From an uncultured Akkermansia sp. (GTDB lineage Bacteria > Verrucomicrobiota > Verrucomicrobiia > Verrucomicrobiales > DEV007): a DNA stretch of 35,286 nt. The notes below the pieces were generated by a model. It ran no database searches. It worked only from the letters and a program-made list of their open reading frames with translations, and was not told where the DNA came from. Shown piece after piece: positions 28,017-35,286 of the stretch. Within the stretch, counting starts at the first letter, position 1; each line of letters starts with the position of its first letter. Location: assembly GCA_964383345.1 (NCBI GenBank), contig CAYLJC010000001.1:5255-40540 (forward strand), written 5' to 3'. A program made the position numbers and the translations under genes.

Positions 28017-28922
28017 ATGCCAGTCAAAATCGATCCCAAGCTGCACCAGGAGAAAAAGCCTTCCTGGATCCGTGTCCGGCTGCCCAACAATCCCGTCTTC
28101 TGGGACACCAAGGGACTCATCGACGACCTCAAGCTGGTGACCGTCTGCGAAGAGGCGCAATGTCCGAACCGCTGGGAATGCTGGGGGCAGGGGACAGCAA
28201 CCTTCATGATCGCGGGGGATCGCTGCACCCGCGCCTGCGGCTTTTGCGCGGTGGACACGCGACGCCCGCTCGCCCTCGAGGCCGATGAACCCGACCGCGT
28301 CGCCGAGGCGGTGCGGCGCATGAAGCTCAGGCATGTCGTCATCACCGCTGTCGCGCGGGACGATCTCCCCGACGGCGGGGCCTGCCATTTCGCCAACGTC
28401 ATTTACAAAGTGCGCGAACTCAATCCGGAAACCGTCATCGAGGTGCTCGTGCCCGACTTCATCGGTCGCGACGATTCCCTCTGGGTGGTGATGGAGGCGG
28501 CCCCGGCCATTTTCAATCACAACCTCGAAACGGTCGAGCGGCTCACCCCGGTGATCCGCTCGAAAGCCGAATACCGGCGTTCCCTCGCGGTTCTCCAAAA
28601 CGCCCGCAAAATGGCGGCGGAAATGGGGCGGCGCTGCGCCACCAAGAGCGGTATCATGCTCGGACTCGGCGAGCGCGAGGACGAAGTGTTTCAAGCGATG
28701 GACGATCTCCGCGCCCACGAGGTCACGGTCCTGACCATGGGCCAGTATCTGAGACCTTCGCCGAAGCACCTGCCCGTCGTCGAATACATCGAGCCGGCCG
28801 TGTTCGACCGCTATCGCGACATCGCCCTGGAAAAGGGCTTCCGTCATGTCGCTTCGGGACCGCTGGTGCGCAGCTCCTACCACGCCGCCGATTTCAAGCC
28901 CGAGCTCGATCCGCTCGCCTGA
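28017..28922 (+). CDS. lipA: Lipoyl synthase
   Basis: VCEEAQCPNRWECW, CTRACGFC, HNLETV, KSGIMLGLGE, VRSSYHA. Confidence 0.97.
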   Translation: MPVKIDPKLHQEKKPSWIRVRLPNNPVFWDTKGLIDDLKLVTVCEEAQCPNRWECWGQGTATFMIAGDRCTRACGFCAVDTRRPLALEADEPDRVAEAVRRMKLRHVVITAVARDDLPDGGACHFANVIYKVRELNPETVIEVLVPDFIGRDDSLWVVMEAAPAIFNHNLETVERLTPVIRSKAEYRRSLAVLQNARKMAAEMGRRCATKSGIMLGLGEREDEVFQAMDDLRAHEVTVLTMGQYLRPSPKHLPVVEYIEPAVFDRYRDIALEKGFRHVASGPLVRSSYHAADFKPELDPLA

Positions 28923-29077
28923 AGAGGGGAGCGGATGATCAGGCGATCACGGGATGCCTTTCCCGTTTCGTATGGCCGGAAGTGTGTTACGGTCTTCCCA
29001 ATCTTCTCCTTCCCGCCCCCGGACGAAGGAAGTGACACCTTTACCGAGACTCATTCGGATGGCCCTGCCCCTGAAAA

Positions 29078-31396
29078 ATGAAACCGGCCACGTTCTTTTT
29101 TCGCACCTTCCTCCTTTCCGCCTTCACCATGTCCCTCCTCGGTGGGGCCATTTTCACGGACTATTATCTCCGGCACGAGATCACCCGAAAAGCCAAGCGC
29201 TACCTCGCCGGCCAGGGGATCGAGCTGGTGCCGGCCAGCGCGGTGGCGGCGGCGGCGGAGGGAAACCGGGAACACCTCGTCCAGCTCGAGACGGCCGGGG
29301 TTTCCCTCGGGGAACCCGATGAGAGCGACACCACGCCGCTCCTCGCCGCCGTGAAGGGCGGTCACGATGAGGTGGTTGATTTTCTGATCACCCGCGAGAG
29401 TGCCCTCGCCACGCTCAATCACCTGACCGAGCCCACCCGGGAGACTCCGCTGGTGATAGCCCTGCGCGAGCGTCGCTTCGCCCTCGCGGATCGCTTTCTC
29501 GAAAAAGGCGCCAGCCTCGAAGTGGATGCCGAGGCGGGACTTCCTTTTCTCATCGCGGCGGTGCAGACCGGGGACCGCGAAATGATCGACTATCTCCTCC
29601 GAAACAAGGTCGAGGTGGATTACAAAGGAGCCCAGCCCATCACCGCCCTCGCCGTCTCCGCCAATCTCGGCGAAATCGGCCTGATGAAGCGATTCATCGA
29701 GGCGCAGGCGGACCCGGACACCCGCGGGATCTCCGGCAAACCGCTCCTCGTGGAAGCCGTCCGGGAGGGAAACCGGGAAAAGTTCGATCTTCTTCTGGCG
29801 AGCCAGGCCGATGTCAACGCCACCACCGGAGACGACGACGGGCCGCGGACAACGGCGCTGAGCTTCGCGGTCGCCGCCCGGAACGTGCCCTTTCAGGAGG
29901 CCCTCCTCCAGGCCGGGGCGAATCCCGATGTCCACACCCTCGCCGGAGAACCGCTCCTCTTCGAAGCGGTGTCCTCCCGTGACTACGCCTTGACGCGGCG
30001 TCTTCTCGAAAAAAAGGCTGCGGGCGATGTGCTTTCCTCGTCGAAGGTATCCCCCCTCGTCGCGGCGGTGCGGAACGAAGATCTCGAAATGGTCGATCTG
30101 CTCCTGCAGCATGGAGTGGATCCCTCCTTTTCCGGAGAAGCGGACGAATCTCCGCTCTCGGTGGCGGCGAGCAACGGCAATCTCGCGATCACCTCCCAAC
30201 TGATCGCCTCGGGAGCCGACCTCGACACCCGGACCCTCCTCGCGAAATCCTACCAACGCCGCGACGACCCTCTCATGAGCCTGCTGCTGCACGTCGGCGC
30301 GGACCCCGAGACCACCCTCCCAGGGACCGACGAACGCGTTTTTGACACCGCTGTGCGCGACGGGGCGACCGGGGCCGTCCGCACCCTCCTCGCGGCCGGC
30401 GCGAAGATCGGGGACAATCTCTGGGCCGCGCTCCTCACGGGCCAGGACGACCTCATCCGTCTCATCCTGGAGGCCGGTGCGGATCCTCGCCAGCCCGGGC
30501 CGGAGGGACAGGATCCCCTCGACTATTGCCTCACCCAGGGGCGCTACGCGGCCGCCCGGGTTCTTCTCGGCGGAGGGGCCGACCCCGACGCTCGCTTTGA
30601 TGCCGATGAATCCTGGCTCTCCCGCGCGGTGCGGCAAGGCAACACCGACATCGCCCTCGCCCTCATCGAATCCGGTGCCACGGTGAAGGATGTCGCAGCC
30701 AACGACGGCCACACCCTCCTCGGCTGGGCCATCGCCAACGATATGACCGAGGTCGCGGTGGCCCTCATCAAGGCGGGTGCGAATCCGGACTCCGAAGAGC
30801 GTTCCCCGGCGACGGTCGCCTTTCGCGAAAAATTCGACAGCACGACCTTTCGCTATCATCTCCAGGTCGACAGCCGGATCCGTCCCCTCATGATGGCCGC
30901 CGCCCAGAAGAACCACATTGTCGCCCAGGCTCTCATGGATGGCGGGGCCAAAGGGCGGGCCTACTCGCGAAAATACCTCTTCGCCGCCAGCATCGGGGCC
31001 TGGTTCAAGGATGTCGAAATGCAGCAGATCGCCTTGCTGGGGAAGGTGCCGAAGGTGCAGCCACGCAAGGTCGTCGTGGATCTCTCGGCGCAGCGGGTCA
31101 CCCTCTACGAAAACGGGATTGCGACCTACTCGACACCCTGTTCGACCGGACGATCCGGCTACCGCACCCCGACCGGCGAGTATGTCATCAGCGACAAAAA
31201 CCGCCATCACACCTCCTCGATCTACCATTCGAGCATGCCCTATTTCATGCGGTTCAGTTTCAGCGCGTTCGGTTTGCACCAAGGCGCGCTGCCGGGCTAT
31301 CCCGCCTCCCACGGATGCATCCGACTGACCCACGAAGGCGCTCGCCACCTTTTTGGAAAGCTCCAGGTCGGCGACTACGCCGTGGTCCAGCCCTGA
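29078..31396 (+). CDS. Ankyrin-repeat protein with C-terminal L,D-transpeptidase (YkuD) domain
   Basis: N-terminal TM anchor; many TPL..A...G...V..L...GAD repeats; C-terminal VVVDLSAQR..STG..TPTG..LHQG..ASHGCIRL. Confidence 0.9.
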   Translation: MKPATFFFRTFLLSAFTMSLLGGAIFTDYYLRHEITRKAKRYLAGQGIELVPASAVAAAAEGNREHLVQLETAGVSLGEPDESDTTPLLAAVKGGHDEVVDFLITRESALATLNHLTEPTRETPLVIALRERRFALADRFLEKGASLEVDAEAGLPFLIAAVQTGDREMIDYLLRNKVEVDYKGAQPITALAVSANLGEIGLMKRFIEAQADPDTRGISGKPLLVEAVREGNREKFDLLLASQADVNATTGDDDGPRTTALSFAVAARNVPFQEALLQAGANPDVHTLAGEPLLFEAVSSRDYALTRRLLEKKAAGDVLSSSKVSPLVAAVRNEDLEMVDLLLQHGVDPSFSGEADESPLSVAASNGNLAITSQLIASGADLDTRTLLAKSYQRRDDPLMSLLLHVGADPETTLPGTDERVFDTAVRDGATGAVRTLLAAGAKIGDNLWAALLTGQDDLIRLILEAGADPRQPGPEGQDPLDYCLTQGRYAAARVLLGGGADPDARFDADESWLSRAVRQGNTDIALALIESGATVKDVAANDGHTLLGWAIANDMTEVAVALIKAGANPDSEERSPATVAFREKFDSTTFRYHLQVDSRIRPLMMAAAQKNHIVAQALMDGGAKGRAYSRKYLFAASIGAWFKDVEMQQIALLGKVPKVQPRKVVVDLSAQRVTLYENGIATYSTPCSTGRSGYRTPTGEYVISDKNRHHTSSIYHSSMPYFMRFSFSAFGLHQGALPGYPASHGCIRLTHEGARHLFGKLQVGDYAVVQP

Positions 31397-31405
31397 GCCG
31401 TTTCT

Positions 31406-32920
31406 TTATTTGACCGGAAGCGTCTCGGTTGCCGCGCCAGCGGCCGGTTCGATTCCCAGCATCTTGCAAACGGTGGCGTGGAAGGCGAGTTGGCCGATCT
31501 CGTCGAGAGCCCCGGAGAGGGGCGACTGGGGATACCCCGCGAGCAAGATCTGCCCCGACATGCGGATGGATTCCCCCACCGGATATCCGAATCCGCCGAA
31601 GAATCCCGGCCCGTCCGCCGGATCAAAGATCGGTTCGTCGGCCTTGTGATCGGCGAAGGCGTAGCCCGTCTTCAGCACGAGGATGCGATCGCCGGTGCGA
31701 TCAGGATGCAGGTAGGCCCAGTCGGCGGGCAGTTCCTCCCGCTTGAGCGTCCGGAAGTAGATGCGCTTGCTGAGTTCGTTGTCGAACTTATCCATGAAAA
31801 TCTTTTGTTCGCCTTCGCTCCCGGTGAGATCTTTGAAAAAGAGATTCGCGACCGCATCGTGCGCGATGATGTCGGCGTTTTTCATCATCTCGTCGCCGAG
31901 GAGGTGGGCGATGTTCACATTCTTGTCGAGTTCGGCGAGACCGTGATCGGTGGTGATGAAAATGATGAGGTTCGCGTTCGGCGGGGCGAGGGTGGCCCAC
32001 TCCGCCCGGACCGTGTCAAAAAAGGTCTGCAGGGCCTGGTCCGTCTTGGCGACGGCGGCATAGGTCTCATCGGCGCGGGGGCCATGAACGAGGCCGGCAC
32101 GGGCGATGTCCTCGAGTCGCAGCATGAGGAGCCGGAGTTTTCCGCCCGCCGGAGCTGCTGAGGCCGTCGTCGCCGTCGCCGTCGTAGCCGTTTCGCCTTC
32201 CGCCGGTGCGGGTGTCGGTGCGGCGGCACCCGCGCTGGCACGCCATTGCTCGAGGGCCTTGTTCAGTCGCGTCTCGTCGCTGGATTCGGGATCGTAGCTG
32301 TCGAGAAAATAGGCGGCGGCGTGTTCGCCGGTTTGGTTCTGTGAGAGAGGCCAGTCGTGGACGAGGGTGCGGATGCCCTGACGGGTGGCCGTTGTCCAGA
32401 TGGGTTCCGCGAGGAGGAGCGCTCCATCGATGGGATGGTCGACGATCTCGCCGGGGCCGGTGCGGATGCGGTCCGCGACGATGCCGTGCTTGTCGGGGGT
32501 CACGCCGGTGGCCATGGTCGCGTGGGCGGGAAAGGTCAGACAAGGAAAGTTGGGGCGCATCTTGTTGGTGGCGCTCCCGTCCGCAGCGAGTTTTTTGAAG
32601 AAAGGAGTTTCGCTCTTTTCAAGGTAGTCGCCGCGGAACCCGCTGATGTTGATCCAGACCACCACCGCCGGTCCGTCACCGGAATTCTGTGCCGGTGGCG
32701 GCGGAGCCTTGTCCTCCTCCTTCTCATTCATCGCCGTCTCGGCCGCCGCCATGTTGTCCCTGCGGTATTCCGCAAGCACATCCTCGGTGGATCGGTCTCC
32801 TTCGAAGGCCACGCGGGTGAACCGGATTCCCTCGCTGCCGCTCCAGAGGAAGAGAAGTGTGACAGCGAGGAGAAGAATCGCGATGAAGGTGATCAATGAG
32901 CTGGCAAAGGACCGGAACAT
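31406..32920 (-). CDS. Alkaline phosphatase superfamily / nucleotide pyrophosphatase-phosphodiesterase-like membrane-anchored protein
   Basis: GFRGDY, PCLTFPAHATMATG..P.KHGI, EPIW.T, TTDHG; N-terminal TM. Confidence 0.82.
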   Translation of the reverse strand: MFRSFASSLITFIAILLLAVTLLFLWSGSEGIRFTRVAFEGDRSTEDVLAEYRRDNMAAAETAMNEKEEDKAPPPPAQNSGDGPAVVVWINISGFRGDYLEKSETPFFKKLAADGSATNKMRPNFPCLTFPAHATMATGVTPDKHGIVADRIRTGPGEIVDHPIDGALLLAEPIWTTATRQGIRTLVHDWPLSQNQTGEHAAAYFLDSYDPESSDETRLNKALEQWRASAGAAAPTPAPAEGETATTATATTASAAPAGGKLRLLMLRLEDIARAGLVHGPRADETYAAVAKTDQALQTFFDTVRAEWATLAPPNANLIIFITTDHGLAELDKNVNIAHLLGDEMMKNADIIAHDAVANLFFKDLTGSEGEQKIFMDKFDNELSKRIYFRTLKREELPADWAYLHPDRTGDRILVLKTGYAFADHKADEPIFDPADGPGFFGGFGYPVGESIRMSGQILLAGYPQSPLSGALDEIGQLAFHATVCKMLGIEPAAGAATETLPVK

Positions 32921-33180
32921 GGCATTTTTGTAGGCGAAAACGGGGGGGGATGCAAGTGCGGGGAGATTGCTATTTGCGTGAGAGTGCGAGGTGGCGCCGG
33001 TCGTGAGGAGAATGGGGATGAGAAATGCGGGTGAGACCCTGCTGGCACGCGACCGGGCAAGAGGTCGAGAGAGAGGAGCCTCTGGCGTAGCGTCGTGATC
33101 GCAGGCATCGTTGCAGTGACTTCGATGATGTTCGCGCGGAAACCATTGAGTTTTGCGGGACAGGACGTATCATATTTTTG

Positions 33181-33387
33181 ATGGAAGAGACGATCTCACG
33201 GGAGGAGGCAATGAACGGGATTCCCGGTCTGCTGGAACCCTTGGACCGCTCGCTGTCGCCGAGGCTTCAGGAGACGATGCTGGACAGCAGGCTGCGGCTC
33301 TCTTACGAGAATTTGCGGTTGTCGAAAGAGCGGGACGACATCTTTCGGAGAGCGGTAAGGCATACACAGGCGACCGAGTTCCCCTGA
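33181..33387 (+). CDS. Small hypothetical protein
   Basis: 68-aa ORF from ATG 33181 filling the gap between divergent and convergent genes; no family recognised. Confidence 0.45.
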   Translation: MEETISREEAMNGIPGLLEPLDRSLSPRLQETMLDSRLRLSYENLRLSKERDDIFRRAVRHTQATEFP

Positions 33388-33454
33388 CGCCTCCCCCGGG
33401 CAAACGGTCTCGACAGGGCCTCGGGTTTTGCCGACCGACCTGCCGTCATCGGTT

Positions 33455-35284
33455 TTACAATTCCGGATCTGAAAGAGGCGGGGGACGGCGTTTGCCGATG
33501 GTGGCGCGGGCGACGAAGCGGGTTGCGGGATGGCGTTCGGTGAGGAGGAGGGAACCACCGCAGCAGCGGCCTTTTTCATCCATGAGGGGTGTCTCGTCGT
33601 GCTCGGTGAGGTCTTTTGCTTTGATGATTTCGAAGCGCAGATGGTATCCGGGGGCGATGTGGCGGCGGAGTTCGAGGGCAACGCGCCCCATGGTGTGGCG
33701 GGGGTTGATCTCGCAAAAGGGGCGCAGGACGAGTGCGCCGGAGGGATCGCGATAGAGATAGGCGTCGATACCGAGGGGACCTTCGTAGTGGTGGTCGCCC
33801 GCCCAGCGCAGGAGGTCTGCGGCGAGCGCCCCGTCGGCGGCATAGAGGGGGAGGACTTCCTCCGCGAGGGTGCGGGCGAGGAGGGGGGCGAGTCCGTTGC
33901 AAAATTTGGCCTGGCAGTGGCTCCCGCGGTAGCCGCCGCTTTTGGCGATGATTTGTTCGACGAATCCGAGGAAGCGGATGGCACCCTCTTCGATGTGATA
34001 CTGTACCGAGAAGTCGAAAACCCTGTCGTGGGCCGGCTCCAGGAGGATGCCGCCCTCGGCGAGGATTGGTTCGGCAAAAGGGCGTTTGGTGATGGCTTCG
34101 ACCTCATGGAGATCGAGGCGGGTCATGCCGGATCCGGCGGTGGAAAAGGCTCGCTTGAGGATGGCTTCGCGGTAGCCCCGGGTGCGCAGGGCGGCGATGG
34201 CGGCGGCGAGGTCGTCGGCGTCGCGGCAGGGATGGGAGGGCGTCATCCAGCGGGGGAAGGCCCGGACCTGGCTGATTTTGGAAAAAAGTCGGCGTGTCGT
34301 TTCCGACCAGGACGCGGAGGCGGAGGCGGACGCAGTGGCGAAGCGCAAATCCTGGAAACGCTCCTCGAGATCCGGGGCGAGGGACCAGGGCCGGAGGCGG
34401 TGGACCTTGCGATGGACGAGCAGGGCGGAGGGATCGGGCTTGCCGGTTGCATCGAGGGCCTCGAGTTCGGGCAGGGGAAATCCGCAGCGCCGCAGTTTGG
34501 CGAGATGCGCCTGCGAGGGAAGCCGCCGCATCAGGAGGACGTCGTCTTTCCTCGCGAGGAAGGCGGCGAGCAGCTCGAGATCGTGGATCACGGCAAGGGT
34601 GTTTTTATTCGGGTGATAGGGGCGCGGCGAGACGGCGGCGCGGTGCTCGGCTTCGGGATTGAAATAAAAGACATTCGGGCTGCGCCCCTTGGACCGTTCG
34701 AAGAGGGCGAGGCGCTGGATGTAATCCTCGTCGAAGCCGGCGGCGCGGCGTCCCGCCTCGTTGAAGGCGGTGCGGTTGCCCTTGGCCCGGCTCGGTGAGA
34801 GGGGGAAGGGGAGCTGCCGCTGCAGGGCGGTCCAGTCGCTTTCCTTTTCCTCCTTCCAGCGACGGAACCAGCTCAGGCCGTAGCCGACGTGGGCGATCTC
34901 GTCTTCGTAGATGCGGAGGAGGATGGAGGCGCTTTTCCTGTCTCCGGCCTCACGGAGGAGGTGTCCGTAGTGGAGGGTATAGTCGAGGTTGGCTTGTTCA
35001 AAGGTGAGACTGAGGCGGGAAACGTAATCGAGAGGGGACTCCATCCGGGAGACCGCCTCCCAGAAATAGCGGCTCAGGGGGTATTGGCCGAACTCGACGC
35101 CGCATTCCCGCATGCGGTTGACATACCAGCGGGTGTGGAGCTGTTCCTCGCGCAGGGTGTTGGCGAGGCCTTCGCGGAAGGCGAGGGGGGCATCGGGGAA
35201 CTTGAGCAGGGCGAGGGCCATGAGCTCGGCGGCGAGCAGTTCGTGATTGGCGAAAAAATGCAGGAGAACCCCGCGGTTCGCCTC
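33455..35284 (-). CDS. DUF455 ferritin-like domain fused to ATP-grasp-like domain (5' end outside window)
   Basis: Frame is open to the window edge: LLHFFANHELLAAELM, EEQLH, EQANLD, DEIAHV. C-terminal KRAFSTAGSG, LLEP, GPLGIDAY, EINPRHT. Confidence 0.82.
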   Translation of the reverse strand, partial: EANRGVLLHFFANHELLAAELMALALLKFPDAPLAFREGLANTLREEQLHTRWYVNRMRECGVEFGQYPLSRYFWEAVSRMESPLDYVSRLSLTFEQANLDYTLHYGHLLREAGDRKSASILLRIYEDEIAHVGYGLSWFRRWKEEKESDWTALQRQLPFPLSPSRAKGNRTAFNEAGRRAAGFDEDYIQRLALFERSKGRSPNVFYFNPEAEHRAAVSPRPYHPNKNTLAVIHDLELLAAFLARKDDVLLMRRLPSQAHLAKLRRCGFPLPELEALDATGKPDPSALLVHRKVHRLRPWSLAPDLEERFQDLRFATASASASASWSETTRRLFSKISQVRAFPRWMTPSHPCRDADDLAAAIAALRTRGYREAILKRAFSTAGSGMTRLDLHEVEAITKRPFAEPILAEGGILLEPAHDRVFDFSVQYHIEEGAIRFLGFVEQIIAKSGGYRGSHCQAKFCNGLAPLLARTLAEEVLPLYAADGALAADLLRWAGDHHYEGPLGIDAYLYRDPSGALVLRPFCEINPRHTMGRVALELRRHIAPGYHLRFEIIKAKDLTEHDETPLMDEKGRCCGGSLLLTERHPATRFVARATIGKRRPPPLSDPEL

Positions 35285-35286
35285 AT

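Noticed and set aside
25688-34798. Long opposite-strand ORFs 25688..27544, 29051..31348, 33530..34798
   Set aside because: Shadows of pilD/mtnA, ankyrin-LDT and the DUF455 fusion.

Overview
GC-rich bacterial chromosomal window. Gene content (DUF1501 plus DUF1549/DUF1553 pair, planctomycete-type cytochrome c-LRR protein, Tat-exported Gfo/Idh/MocA, PilD with a large insertion) points to the PVC superphylum, most likely Verrucomicrobiota (inference). About 33 genes are supported, mostly housekeeping or metabolic (rbsK, moaC, pilD, mtnA, lipA, PPi-PFK, PHP phosphatase, AKR, truncated globin). I saw no rRNA, tRNA, CRISPR array or transposase. The most notable observations are: (1) a full-length PPi-dependent phosphofructokinase interrupted by one in-frame TGA exactly at the Cys of the MGRHCGW motif; (2) an uncharacterised module of a 74-aa ORF, a terminator-like hairpin, a stand-alone GAF protein, a minimal cytoplasmic subtilase and a PqqD/RRE-like membrane protein, preceded by a structured intergenic region; (3) an ankyrin-array/L,D-transpeptidase fusion; (4) a DUF455 ferritin-like/ATP-grasp fusion; (5) an NPP-family protein that has lost metal ligands; (6) a 59-aa lipoprotein missed by the ORF track. 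All family calls come from motif recognition by eye; no searches were run.
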